60,000 nucleotides of DNA from Malacoraja senta (taxonomy: Eukaryota). The stretch spans positions 932,001-992,000 of the forward strand of contig CM075992.1 in the NCBI GenBank assembly GCA_038087875.1, in the 5' to 3' direction. Shown one piece after another: positions 23,421 through 37,400 of this stretch. The notes below the pieces were generated by a model that made no database searches, had not been told where the DNA came from, and worked only from the letters and a program-made list of their open reading frames with translations. Position 1 is the stretch's first letter, and every line of letters starts with the position of its first letter. A program made the position numbers and the translations under genes.

Positions 23421-24287
23421 CTGGATAACAAAGAAATGCAATTACTGTATTAACTAAACACAGTTGCGTTCTTGTCACATTCTAATTTGATGTGGCAAGT
23501 TTATAAAGGAAAATATGCACCTTTCACATCAAGCATAATTAGGTGGATGGGTAGGGGGAAGGGGCGTGGGAAGATCATTGATATGGCTGATAATCTTTTG
23601 AGCTTAATTTATTCAAATTCTATTAAAGACTCATCTCTAGCCATTAATGGCATACGAAATATGTTGAATTGGTGGGCTCTCAGGAACAGAGCCACCAAAT
23701 CTTGGGTCTCCAAAACCGCCTTCTTTTCTATAAGACGCTTTTCCTTTATTGAGGCAACTCATCTTGGGCTTCCTGTCATGGTTAATGTTATGTTACAAGT
23801 GGGGAGGTACAAAGTCTCTGCCTGTTCAGGGCTCCCGGGATATATGTTTGTGTTTCTGTATCATCCTTTCAAAACAGCACGTTTCATGTTTAGGTCATGA
23901 ATAAATGGCGTAGGTACGTGCATCTGCACAGTGCGTTGAGCCTTGGATCGACATGAGAGTTTGTTATGATTTGCGATGGGTAAAAGGAACTGCAGCTCTT
24001 GGTTGTGAGAGATGAGGAGACAAGCCCCAGGTCCGTTCATCTCCCTTCTATTTGAGGATGAACATGTCGAAACCCAGCTGGCCACAATGTGACCTTTAGT
24101 ATCACGAGTGCGATGCAACAATGGCAGTGGGTTACAAAACAAGACAACTAATAAATATTTCCAAAGGTAGAACAGCATGTCGACTAGAAACCTGTAAAAT
24201 GGAAAATACTTGAAGTACTCAGCTACTCGGACAGTATATGTGGAAAGAGCAGCCTAGTTATGCTAACCTAGCCTATCCTAAGGATAA

Positions 24288-24560
24288 GGTGGTTCAGTGG
24301 TAGAGTTGCTTCCTTACAGCGCTAGAGACCCGGATTTGATCCTGACCTCGAATGCTGTCTGTCCGGAGTTTGTACGTTCTCCCTATGACCGTGCCCCAGA
24401 GACGTACAGATTTGCAGGTTAATTGGCTTCGGTAAAGATTGTCAAAATTGTCCCTAGTGTGTAGGATAGTGCTAGTGTGCAGGGATCGCTGGTCGGTGTG
24501 GACTCGGTGGGCCGATGGGCCTGTTTCCACACTGCATCTCCAAACTAAAAACTAAACTAG
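24288..24560 (+). mobile_element. V-SINE/HE1-like SINE
   Basis: tRNA-like head (gtggtagagttgct...gatcctgacc) and the shared 3' end gggcctgtttcc...ctaaa. Confidence 0.8.
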
Positions 24561-26200
24561 TTAGTGTTTCAGTTGAAGACTTCTCATTAGAACTAGTCAG
24601 TTGAAGACTTCTCATTAGAACTAGTTCACCAATCTGAAACATTACCTATTTCTCGCTCCAAAAATGCTGTCTGGCCTGCTGAGTATTTCCAGAATTTTCT
24701 ATTTCAAAAATAAATACTTCTTCCTCTTACAGGTTAGTGAATCAGTTAATGTCCTTCCGGAGCACTGCGCTGTTAATCTTCTCAATACCTTACACCTTCC
24801 TTCCCAACTGGAATTTCCTATCTTGCTTGTGGCAAGTCTATTTGCTGCTGAAACATTTGAATGAAATGTGCTGTTACATAGTTCAAATCTAGATCATGCA
24901 CGTTCATATTCTGTCCCGCTTCAAGTAAAGACAGCCATTATCAAAGTAAATTTTAAATGCAGAACGCAGTGCCCCACTTTACCGTTTCAAATTGTTCACA
25001 CAGAATCGACTCAATCCAGCCAATCTTGTGGTTTCTAGAAAAGAGGAACTGCACATGCTGTTTTACAAGAGGTCACAGAGCATCACTGAATGCAACGTCT
25101 GGAACGTCACCATATCCTCCACAGATGCTGCCTGACCTGCTGAGTTACTCCAGCACTCCGTGACCAATCTTGTGGTTTTGCTTTGCCATTCATCCTCCAT
25201 CACCATCTCCCAGTGCTTCACCATTCTTCTTTCATTTGTGCTTCCCCAAAATGTGTTATTGATCCTCTCACCTGCCTGCCTGCCTATCTGTCCTGCTCAT
25301 CCAACCCTGCCTATTTGTTTTGCTTTTTTCTTCTCTGAAAAATAGATAAGGAAACTCACCTCCATGACAGCAGGACATGGAGTAAGATAAGAATAGACAC
25401 TGCTGTTCCTCAATGTCATGCTAATGTCAATATCTTTCATGCACAATACCATTACACTGCAAACTAACATGGCTGTAACATATGAAGTACGAGGAAGAAG
25501 GAAGTTACATAAGACTAGATTCAGTGTCATATCTCTGAGAAGTGTAGGAGAGATAACGTTCTAATCCATCAATCAAGCTCAAAGTTATCGTTGGAGAGAA
25601 GGGTCTCGACCAAAAACGTCACCCATTCCTTCTCTCCAGAGATGCTGCCTGTCCCGCTGAGTTACTCCGGCATTCTGTGTCTATCTTCAAAATTATCGTC
25701 TGCAGATCAATGTCTTTTTACAAACACCTTAATGGTGGAGCATGACTTTTACACCTTTTCTAACTAAATCAGGCCAATGAAAGCATGTTGAGCTACCGAG
25801 GAGACCTTCATGATTAATGTTCCTGTAATAAATGGTCCTGGAATATAAACATGTGATAATTGCATTCACGAATCTACACAAAAATAACTAATACAAGAAC
25901 CCAAACAATCTTGTACAGTAATCCAGATTTGTGATCAGATGATATATTGAATGATCAGATTATATATTGGCGGCCTGTGTAAGTGTGAGGGCTTGTAATT
26001 CTTAATGCCTATGAACCCAACCCTCAAAGGATTGTTCAATCTGGACTTCATAGTTTATGTGGAAATTCTTTTGATATGAATAAGCCTGTTACTTTTATCA
26101 CTTAACAATACCATTTACATTTGTATGTTAGTGGAGGGTCGGGGTGAACATAGTGACCATCCACGCTGAAAATTCCCTGGCTGTAGTTCTCCACATCCAT

Positions 26201-26490
26201 GGGGCGGCACAGTGGCACAGCAGTAGAGCTACTGCCTTACAGCGTCAGAGACCTGGGTTCGATCCTGACTACAGGTGCTGTCCGTACGAAGTTTGTACGT
26301 TCTCCCTGTGACCACGTGGGTTTTCTCCGGATGCACCGGTTTCCTCCCACACTCCAAAGACGTACAGATTAATTGGCTTCTGTAAATTGTAAATTGTCCC
26401 TAGTGTGTAGGATGGTGCTAGTGTACGGGGTGATCGCTGGTCGGTGTAGACTCGGTAGGCCGAAGGGCCATTTTCCATGCTATATCTCAA
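26201..26490 (+). mobile_element. Full-length V-SINE/HE1-like SINE
   Basis: ggggcggcacagtggcacagcagt A-box region, GGTTCGATCC B-box, conserved central domain. Confidence 0.88.
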
Positions 26491-26531
26491 ATCGTTGAAA
26501 TATGAAGACAGGTTAAATTCAATCTGTTCAC

Positions 26532-26660
26532 CTTCTGTTTGTCCAGTATCTTCATTGCATAATGTTCCTTCGTAGCTTTGTGTTTCACTAACATCACTCT
26601 GCCAAAGGACCCAGTACCAAGTGTTTTTGATCTGTCAAAGTCATCCAAACATGCCGTGTT
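26532..26660 (-). CDS. PRKACA: PKA catalytic subunit exon 3 ([43 protein letters not shown])
   Basis: Gly-rich loop GTGSFG and AMK lysine; 129 nt. Confidence 0.98.
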
Positions 26661-28279
26661 CTGCAACATAAGAAAAGTCGGTCAGTGCTTGCTTCCAAGT
26701 CTATTGCTCCTTGTTTCTTTTCAGCATCCTTCTCCTGCACTGTGCATGCTCTCCCTTCAGCACAGTGTGCTGGTCAGGGCGTTTGTGACTCAGAAACAAT
26801 GCTGAAAATGGTAGAAAAACAGACACACATTACTGAAACAGTTGACACATGCAGCTGGGAAATCACAACAATAGACAATAGGTGCAGGAGTAGGCCATTC
26901 GGCCCTTCGAGCCATCCAATGATCAACTTTGTGAAATATTGAACACTTTCAGTTTGTGTACACCTCAAAAAGAAGCGGTGCCCTTCTTTCAAAGAAAATG
27001 TGAAAATATAGCTGACGGGATTCAAAGTTCTTATTTTACTCCCAACGCTGAATACCAAAAGTGGTGTTGAGAAAGGGAAAAATGATGGAAAGCATAAAAA
27101 GGAAATGATAACAGATTGTCTTATCAGTAACATTTATGGCAGGAACTGTAAAGTCGTATGAATTAGCACGATCAATGGGGAGCTACAAATATGGGTCCAC
27201 GTTTACATGCAGTGAGATATTTAAAGATGACTTTACTGGCTTTACCTTGCACTAAACGTTATTCCCTTATCATGTATCTATACACTGTAAATGGCTCGAT
27301 TGTAATCAGGTGTTGTCTTTCCGCTGGCTGGTTAGCACGCGACAAAAGATTTTCACTGTACCTCGGTACACGTGACAATAAACTAAACTGACTGACTGAG
27401 GAAGGGATGAATTAAACTCAGGACAGAGAGCAAGAGTTGAGATAGAGGCATATTCTCTGAGGATGAGAAATTGCTCAGTGCAGAGGCTGAGGAAGGAAAG
27501 CGGAGATCTCAACACGAACAAATAAAACATTTAATGATGTTATAATGATATAAGCAAACTCCGATTCATCTTTACTAATTTTAACTTGTATACTTCTCTG
27601 CCTTATTTTCCTCTACATCCTGTTCATTAATCGAGTGTTTGTTCTGCTGATACACCAGCAGATGGCTGCTCTGCATCAATACACTGAGTAGTTGCTGCTT
27701 GTTGTTTCATTTCCTCTTCAGTATTTTTTTAGATATTATTTTAAGAAATTACAGACAAATGGGGTTCTGTTTGCTAAAATGAGCATCAAAAGGCAGAAAA
27801 TGTCCTATCTTACGTGCCTCCAGAACTATTCACTTCATTGGTACAAAGAGGCATCTCAGAGTCATACAGCACAACAGTCTGAGCCCCTCAGCCCACTATG
27901 TTCACAATGAATTTTTGTCCATCTACACCTATCCCACTGCCCGCATTAGGATTATATTCTCTATTGCTCCGAAATTATCCAGGATTTCCCTATATTAGCA
28001 AAGCACTACCTCATTAGGTATTAAATATTCACTAGAATGTAGACACAAGGAACTGCAGAAGCCCCGGTTTACAAAATAAAACAAAGTGTTGGAGTAACTC
28101 TGAGGGTCAGGCAGCATCTCTAGAGGACATAGATAGGTGACACTCCGGGTCTGGATCCTTCTTCAATGTGAACAAGGGTCCCAATCCAAAATATCACCTA
28201 TCCATGACCTCCAGCGATGCTGCCTAACCTGCAGTTACTCCAACACTTTATGCTTTATTACCATATACACTTTATAGAT

Positions 28280-29783
28280 ACATAGATACATAGAAAATAG
28301 GTGCAGGAGTAGGCCATTCGGCCCTTCGAGCCTGCACCGCCATTCAATATGATCATGGCTGATCATCCAACTCAGTATCCCGTACCTGCCTTCTCTCCAT
28401 ACCCCCTGATCCCTTTAGCCACAAGGGCCACATCTAACTCCCTCTTAAATATAGCCAATGAACTGGCCTCAACTACCCTCTGTGGCAGAGAGTTCCAGAG
28501 ATTCACCACTCTCTGTGTGAAAAAGTTTTTTCTCATCTCGGTCTTAAAGGATTTCCCCCTTATCCTTAAGCTGTGACCCCTTGTCCTGGACTTCCCCAAC
28601 ATCGGGAACAATCTTCCTGCATCTAGCCTGTCCAACCCCATAAGAATTTTGTACGTTTCTATAAGATCCCCTCTCAATCTCCTAAATTCTAGCGAGTATA
28701 AGCCAAGTCTATCCAGTCTTTCTTCATATGAAAGTCCTGACATCCCAGGAATCAGTCTGGTGAACCTTCTTTGCACTCCCTCTATGGCTATAATGTCCTT
28801 CCTCAGATTTGGAGACCAAAACTGTACACAATACTCCAGGTGTGGTCTCACCAAGACCCTGTACAACTGCAGTAGAACCTCCCTGCTCCTATACTCAAAT
28901 CCTCTTGCTATGAAGGCCAACATACCATTCGCTTTCTTCACTGCCTGCTGCACCTGCATGCCTACTTTCAATGACTGGTGTACCATGACACCCAGGTCTC
29001 GCTGCATCTCCCCATTTCCTAATCGGCCACCATTTAGATAATAGTCTGCCTTCCCGTTTTTGCCACCAAAGTGGATAACCTCACATTTATCCACATTATA
29101 CTGCATCTGCCAAACATTTGCCCACTCACCCAGCCTATCCAAGTCACCTTGCAGTCTCCTAGCATCCTCCTCACAGCTAACACTGCCCCCAGCTTAGTGT
29201 CATCCGCAAACTTGGAGATGTTGCTTTGAATTCCCTCGTCCAGATCATTAATATAAATTGTAAATAGCTGGGGTCCCAGCACTGAGCCTTGCGGTACCCC
29301 ACTAGTCACTGCCTGCCATTGTGAAAAGGACCCGTTTACTCCTATTCTTTGCTTCCTGTTTGCCAGCCAGTTCTCTATCCACATCAATACTAAACCCCTA
29401 ATACCGTGTGATTTAAGTTTGTATCCTAATCTCTTATGTGGTACCTTGTCGAAAGCCTTCTGAAAGTCCAGATACAACACATCCACTGGTTCTCCCCTAT
29501 CCACTCTACTAGTTACATCCTCGAACAAATTCTATAAGATTCGTCAGACACGATTTACCTTTCGTAAATCCATGCTGACTTTGTCCAATGATTTCACCAC
29601 TTTCCAAATGTGCTGCTATCCCATCTTTAATAACTGACTCTAGCAGTTTCCCCACTACCGATGTTAGACTAACTGGTCTGTAATTCCCCGTTTTCTCTCT
29701 CCCTCCCTTCTTAAAAAGTGGGGTTACGTTTGCTACCCTCCAATCCTCAGGAACTACTCCAGAATCTAAAGAGTTTTGAAAAT
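28280..29783 (-). mobile_element. CR1-like LINE, 5'-truncated, near-identical to 12837-14185
   Basis: ORFs 28372-29142 and 29034-29528 carry the RT motifs, separated by frameshifts. Same tail. Confidence 0.95.
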
Positions 29784-31269
29784 TTGTTATTTGTTACCAC
29801 TATAGCCTTTGGATGGATTGATAGACAAGCAAATTGTTAGGTAGGTGAGAAGAGAGGGGTAGAGAAGGGAGAATGTAACGGTGATCCCAAAGCTGGATTA
29901 GCCATGATCTTATAGAATGGCAAGACAAGCTTCTTGGGGCACAAGAAAATGCAGATGCTGGAATTGTGAGCAAAACACAAAAGTGCTGGAGTAACTCTGC
30001 AGGGCAGGCAACATCTGTGGAGGGAATGGATTGGTGACGTTTCAGGATGGGACCCTTCTTCAGGTAGATTGCAGTAGGGGAAGAAAGCTTCCCCACCCAA
30101 CATGCTGGCTGGCCCCCTGGGAATTTTCCCCTGTAACCACCCTCCACAGACACTGCCTGAGCCCCTGAGTTAATCCAGCACTGTGTGTGCTGTTCAAGCT
30201 TCTGTTCCAGCTCCGGTTTCTTAGGTTCTTATTAGGTTTCTTTTACTGAGATCTGGCCAATCCAGTTTTCCTTTGACATCTCCTTACACTACATCCCACC
30301 AGCACATGGCTTGCATAAGGCACTTTTATTTAATCACGACTATTTACTGCTCTTTAAATCTCATTCTAAGATCCTCCTGAGAATGCCAGACCATATTCCT
30401 CTCTTGGACTGCCTGAAATGAATCTGCAGCCTCAGTGACCATATCCATCTCAAATCTCCTTATTCTTGTTTTATTTCATTGCACTCCTTAAACCTTAAAC
30501 ATTTGTCCTTGTTTAGATCCGATTGTCCCTATCTTTTGTGGTTTTCATAAATCCATGGTTACAATCAATGAGAACGTTGTTTCTGACTGCTTCCTCAATT
30601 CCTTCATCCTCCCACACTATCTAACACTTTCCAACCTCACACCCTCTGTCTGTCTTGGGGAAGGGGATGGAAGGCACTATTCAAACCATCTCCATGTAGA
30701 CTTCTGAGTACTAACCAGCGTCCCACTGGACCCCAGTCACTGCAACACCTCTCTGTGCAGCAATCAATCTCAGCCATACGATTCTACCCTCCTGATTAAT
30801 GCCCAGGGCCTGGCCTGACCTAACTTCCCAAATGTGTATGCTTGCTACCAACATCTCAGTTTTGAAACCTCCCCAATCAGTTTCACATCTTAAAGCCACT
30901 GAACCATCTCAACCAGTCTAAAATATCATCACATGACTGTCATCTTGATGCATTATATTTCCTCACTTTAGGGACCCCCCCCCCTTCAATGTTTCAATTA
31001 TTTTTGGATGTTAAAAAATGGCTGCAGGTCATCCTAACATTACTTTATACATCTCTAAAGATAGTGGAAAATTTAACAGTACCATTTGAAAACCAGAGTT
31101 ATTAGGTTCCCTTATGCGACACCATGCTGTTTGAGAAACAGTAGGCGTTACTGAAAAGCTCTAACTGAATTTCACACAGCTTCTAGCACCCCGACATGCA
31201 GCTGTGATATCATCAGCCAGCCCTCACTAACTCTCTCCCTAGTTCTTGAAGATTACTGCTTCAATCAAC

Positions 31270-32000
31270 ATGGCTAGAATACTCCCGAGGACAGGTAGAA
31301 AACACGCAAGGTTTACCGACAGGGATCTCGACGTGTTTGTGGATCACACCTCCCGCAAGAGGGTGAGGGAACTTTCCAATGCAACCAGCAGTTAACACTG
31401 ACAGGAGTTTGCCAGGGAGGTCTCCACTGGGACCAAATGTTCCCCTCACTACTGACCACTAACACAAACACATCACAACCTCAAAAGATTGGTAAAAGTG
31501 AGTCCTGATAACCTCTGACATCATCACTCTATATCTCTTGCCCTAACCTCCATTCAAATTCTGCTAAAATCTTCTTTTGTGATATAGCCACCCTGTCATT
31601 CTCACGTCGCTTTTATCACTATTCCCCTCCTCCCTTTCTCTCATCAATTGCCATGTCCCTGCCGTTCTGATTCTCTCCCTCCCTGCTGCTCTCTCCACTC
31701 TTCTCTCCAATTCTCTGCCGCTTTGCTTGCCCTCTTTTCCCTGACTCCATCACTGATCCTGCTCACTCGCACACGCTCACACGGCAATGCACTTAGTCCC
31801 TCACTCTATTAATCCCCTCCACACCCGTACACTTGCACTCACATCCATGATCTATTCCACACAAATATCCAAGAAGGCCACAGCATCACGTCTACCCAAC
31901 TGTCATGTCGCAGTTGTTCCCTACAGAAGGTGAAGGTCACCAGGAACAGATGCAATGTGCTCCAGACCCAGAGGGGGCTCCCTCTCGGGCACAGCAGATT
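31270..32000 (+). pseudogene. Decayed Harbinger-like Myb/SANT (MSANTD-like) ORF remnant
   Basis: MARILPRTGRKHARFTDRDLDVFVD...*QEFAREVSTGT...HNLKRLVK|gtgagt, then acceptor ccctacAG at 31926 and KVKVTRNRCNVLQTQRGLP. Resembles the spliced Myb/SANT ORF of Harbinger elements, with stops and frameshifts. Confidence 0.4.
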
Positions 32001-35000
32001 GGTCCTCTGGAGGAGAAGGCGTGGACCTGCTGGATGCCAGGGCAGGCGAGCCCCCCGGAGATGTAGAGCTTGTCCAAGATCTGCCGGGTATGGTCTGTTC
32101 ACTGCATCTTAGCGCAACATCACTCATTGGTAGAGGTGCCTTTACTTGCACAGACTGTACTTATAACCAGAGGCCACATTTCCAACGCCACTCAGCACCT
32201 TCACACATCAGTAGGCCATGAAATTGGGACAGTCATCAAGTTCAAACAATGGCCCATTGTGCACACATCACTGAGCGGCACTTGGACCAGCAATCGCCCT
32301 AAAAGTCAAAAGTTTATACATTCTAGCATTACAGTGTCCCGGTATCTATACCTCCTTCACAGTCAAGCATTCCTTCTCAACGGGACATTGCCGCATTCTG
32401 GGTCTTACATCAACACACATCATACTATCCTAGGTAAACCTGTCTAACCTAGACACTACTGCCCATGTGCTCAGATCTTATTCTCATACAAATATCACAA
32501 GGAAGCAACAGCTGAGGATGCTTGTGGCATGTCGGGCCAGAAGGAGAGAGCAAGGGAGTATTGCGAGAACCTCTATGGATCCAGCCGTGCTTGTGATCAG
32601 GCATTTACTCTGTTTCATATGTAATCAATAGGATTTTTTCCCTAACTTGAAAACTCTTGGCTCTTGCATTTATTCTCAATCATGCAGAACAATCCTGGGT
32701 CATTACCTTCAGTATCATCTCATCACTCTCAAATATTTAATTAGTAGTTTCAAACATACCCAGAAATCAATGTTTACAAAAAATAAGAGTAGGCTGTGGT
32801 ACATGGGAAGTGTTCTCTCTGAGTTTGGAGATTAACTTGGTGATGGGATCTAATATTGTCGGTCAATATTATTGTGGGAAAACGAAATGTAAACAGTGTT
32901 CCTTCTCTTTTTAGGTTCTCCTTGAAGTAGTGGAAGAGGGAAGACTGAGTTGCAGCTTGCTGTCTCAGAGGAACCATCAGGCTGAGGCGAAGAACAGGAG
33001 GACATGATGGTGGCAGTGCAGAAGATATTGCACTCTGGGTAACCCCAGTCCCACTGTTGTGTGCCTTGTACCATGGAGGTTAAGCGGGCAGAGCAAGAAC
33101 TGAGCCCTCCTTGTCCTCTCCCTGGGAGAGAGCGTGGGAAGCAGGGACACAGTCATGCAGAAGGTGCAAAATATCACCTGGAAATCCAAACGCAAAACCA
33201 TTGGGAATTCTGAATAGACAAATAACGAATAATCTTACTATATAACCAAATAGTTCTACTCAATAACCAAAAGTCTGTAGCCTCCATTTGCTCTGGTATT
33301 TTGTTTCATTCACATGTTTAAACTATGGCGTTTTGTTCTTAATGTCTCAATGTTTTATGTTTTATTCTTACTGTATATCGTGTTGTTACTTGCGAGAGGA
33401 GCATCAAAGCAAATTCCTTGTATGTATACATACTTGGCCAGTAAATTTATTCATTTATATATTTTGCACTATTAAAATTGCGCCCCATTTTGAGTGAAGA
33501 TATCTAACTGACTGTCGATTCTACTTGTGTTTTTTGTCTTTCAGTTGCTAACCCTAAGGTAACCAAGGTAAGACAACCAGAAGCCCTGGAGTGTTTGTGC
33601 ATCTGTAATTTCAAAGCACAAAATGAACGTGTCATGTGCTACAATAGTATAAAGTTCTTGTGGGGTGTTTGTCCATTCCAGTCATACTTTTGACCCAAGT
33701 ATTCAGTTTATATTGAGCCAGCCTAGTTGTGCAAGGCCAACCTTGGGACTCATCTCATGAAGGCACGTGGCGATATCCAGTTACTGGGGGAGCAATCAAA
33801 GTTGCCAATGGTAACTGGCTAGCATTGGGCTCCCTTACAGTGTGAGCAATTCATGTTAGATACAATAGGGTACTCATACAAACGATTTAAATGTTTTGGA
33901 AATGCGAGAAGAATCTTGTTAATATCAACCAACAGATACCAAACTTCTGAAAGCCAGGCCATGTCTCAAGTCCTTCTGGAGACACCAGGAACTGCAGATA
34001 CAAAAAAATATACAAAGTGCTGGAGTAACTCAGCATGTCATGCAGCATCTCTGGAATACACAAAAAGGTGATGTTTTAGATTGGAACCCTTCTTCAGACT
34101 AATTGTGTTGGTGGGGGAGGGGGGCAAGAGAAAGCTGGAGGGGAGGTGGGTCAGCGCAGTCTGTCCCTTTCTATCTATATCCCTTCCTCCGTCTTCACAA
34201 TTCGTACCTCTTCTATCCTTATCTCCCTATCTCACACGTTTTGTCATTTCATCTCTGGCCTTTGTCCAACCGTTGGACAATCAAACACAACTCTCACATG
34301 TATTCACCTATCACTTGCCAGCCTTTGTACTGCTCCCATCTCTCTTCCAGCTTTCTCCCCCCTCACCTCCCCCTCCCCTCCCCTTCTCCACCACAATCAG
34401 TCGGACGATGGGTCCTGACCTATATATACTCGAGATGCTGCCTGACCCACTGAGTTACTCCAACACTTGGTGTCTTTTTTCTCCAGTCCTTCTGTTTGAG
34501 AAGTGTCTGCTGTTGTATAGTCACTTGTTTGAAGAATCACAGAATGATAGAAGTAGATATAAATATTTGGAGCACATCACTGCACATATGCAATGTCATG
34601 TGTCTTTTTTAAAGCCTGAGTGTGCCTGACAAGCTATGAAGTTGGGTCTACAATTGAGTAGACTGCTATGCCCACTGGACTGCAGTGTTAGAATTAGGCA
34701 GCAGTTTCAAATGAATCCATGAGTGTATGTCATGGTCAAGTGGAACAAAGGCATTTGCAGTTGCTGCCTAAGTATTCCACTTAATCAGAAGGAGATTATT
34801 AAATTCCTTTATAAACTCACTGAGTAGCTCTGGTACCATAGGTTGTACTGCTCCTAAATTAGCTTTGGTACACTTGACTTCAAGTGTTCTTACATGGGGT
34901 ATTTAAGTAAAGTTTGTAAATGAGAAGAGCTACTTGTCACAAGGGTATTCAGCCTTAGAATAATTCACAATGCAACAGCTGTTTGATGATGATGAATGAA

Positions 35001-37084
35001 CATTTAATTAAGATTTATTTTTCTGGACATTTACTTGTTGCAATTCCTGGCAGAGATTGAGAACTGACCCGAAACGTCACCCATTCCTTCTCTCCAGAGA
35101 GGCTGCCTGTCCCGCTGAGTTACTCCAGCATTTTGTGTCTACCTTTGAGAACTGACACAACCAGGGTCTGGCACTGAAGCGCAGCTCTGTACAGGTAACT
35201 GCACCACTGTGCTGCTCTGTACTTGTTGAAAAGTAGCCTGTGTGTATGGTAAGAATAGCATGATTGCCGTGAGCTCTGGTGGAAGAGGTGTTAGGTGCCT
35301 GAGCATTGTATGGCTTGTGCAAGATTATCATCAAGGACACCAGGTTTAAATATTAATTTTGTCCATGGAGGATGTTAGATAGAGACAAATACTCATTGCA
35401 AGTTGCTTTGGTCGCAGAGAAATGTTAGGTACATGGAAGTGTCAGTCTCCAGTATGCAGAGTAAACAGTGAGCATGTGAAATAAATTCCATTAATCTTGC
35501 TATGAATTCAGGCAAAATATAATTGGGTTTTTAAACATCTCTGAACCTCCAACATTAAGAGAAGTTGTTCTGGTGAGCAAGCAGTGGTTGATCTGAGCAA
35601 AAGTGATCACAAACTTGTGACATTTTTGACACTGTCAGAGGCAAGCATGATGTGGTAAAAACAACACTAACAAATACACTAACGATCTAATGAATAGAGA
35701 AACAAGGAACTGCAAATGTTGGTATTCCAAAGTAAAAGGCACAAAGTGCTCAAGTAACTTAGCTGGTCAGGCAATATCCCTGGAGAACATGGAAAGATCA
35801 AATGAGCACATAACGGTAGTGACTGGTGCTAAGATGCCAAAAATGTGTACAGAATTGCTTTAACACACTGCATTTTGCTTTGGGGTTACCTGGACACATT
35901 TTAAGGCTTAAATCTCCACCCTTTCCTGGATCTGTACTGTCTCATCGCCTATCCCACATCCAGTCAGATCACGTCACATATTCCTCCCACTAAACATTAG
36001 AAGATCAAATCTATCAATTTTCATACCTCTTGTCCACAGATTCCAGACCCTTGTTCCCAATTGCTTGCTTTCCTCCCTGAAATGACTCAGGTTATATCTC
36101 TGACTGCCTCTTCTCCATCTATCTTCATTCCTCATGCTCACGTCTGGTATCTACGCATTCACCGATGTAGATGCCAAAAATCCCCTCTCTAAATCCTTCT
36201 TCCTCACTTTGCTCAGGCTCTTGAAGCCTACCTCAGCTTTTGCTTACTCCTACCAAACAGCAATGTTTCTTATTCCCGTGACGTAACAGAAAAACTAATG
36301 ATGAAGTGTTGTTCTTGTCCTCCCCCCCACCCCGGTTCATTTTCATGGAAGCCTGCCCAGATTCAGGTGTTCAAAGGGCCCTTGAACCCGACCTTGCTTA
36401 AACTGACATATCTGTAAATTAGCAAGTCGTTGCTTGAACAAAATAGTGAGTTCCTTTCCCCTTTTCACATGGATGCTCAGAGCTGGTGCTCATCAGCTGC
36501 TTCTGGTTGCTGTCAATGCTCCAACGGGGCCTCCAACAGAGAAGGCTGGCTTTTCATCGTCAATAGATTCAGCTCATGTTTTGTGCAAAGAACTGAAGGT
36601 TAAAATCCAGACAGAGGTCAGATGAACCGCAGCATGTGCCTGGGGTATTGGCAAGCAGTTAAGACTGGTACCAGAGGGGAGGGCAGTTCAAAGCATTATA
36701 CATTCTCCTCTTCTGAATCAGAGCCCTGAGCTGATGGATATGAGAGGGATTTAGTCTTATGAAGATCTTTTTTTTTTTCAGAACATGTTATCGTGAATTT
36801 TCAGTACATACAATCTACCAAAAATAAAGAAAGCTTTTGGCAGAAGGTGAGGCAGAGGATTTAGGGAGAGAATTTAGGATATCTGTACTGTTGATTACAT
36901 AGAAACTAAAGATGAACAAAGGTAGCGAAGATAGAAGGAAAGGAATCGCATCATTCAGCTCATCATCATCTCAGTCAGAGTCGTCGTTGAGCAATGGAAG
37001 TCTGGGCCACCTGTCTGGCTGCAAAGCAAGTGGGAAGGAATTGTTTCGGTAACAGTGGTGTGGTGAGGGTAATGGTCCAAATCA

Positions 37085-37400
37085 GGGCGGCAAGGTGGTG
37101 CAGCGGTAGAGTTGCAGCATTACAGCGCCAGAGACCCCGGTTCGATCCTGATCTCGTGTGCCGTCTGGATGGAGTTTTGTACATTCTCCCTGTAACCTGC
37201 GTGGGTTTACTCCGGATGCTCCGGTTCCCTCCCACACTCCAAAGACGTACAGGTTTGTAGGTTAATTGGCTTGGTATAATCGTAAATTGTCCCGTGTGTG
37301 TGTGTAGGATAATATTAGTGTACGGGGATTGCTGGTCGGCGCAGACTCGATGGGCCGAACGGTCTGTTTCCGCGCTGTATCTCTAAACTAGAAAACTAAA
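37085..37400 (+). mobile_element. Full-length V-SINE/HE1-like SINE
   Basis: tRNA head gggcggcaaggtggtgcagcggtagag...ggttcgatcc, central domain, ctaaa tail. Confidence 0.88.

Noticed and set aside
24569..24624. 28-bp tandem duplication
   Set aside because: A simple local duplication within a degenerate repeat; no sign of function.
26201..26275. tRNA gene
   Set aside because: The A/B boxes belong to a SINE head that continues into the SINE body and recurs in many copies.
32977..33180. Possible cassette or poison exon in PRKAC intron 2
   Set aside because: An acceptor-like site is present, but there is no recognisable homology or convincing donor.
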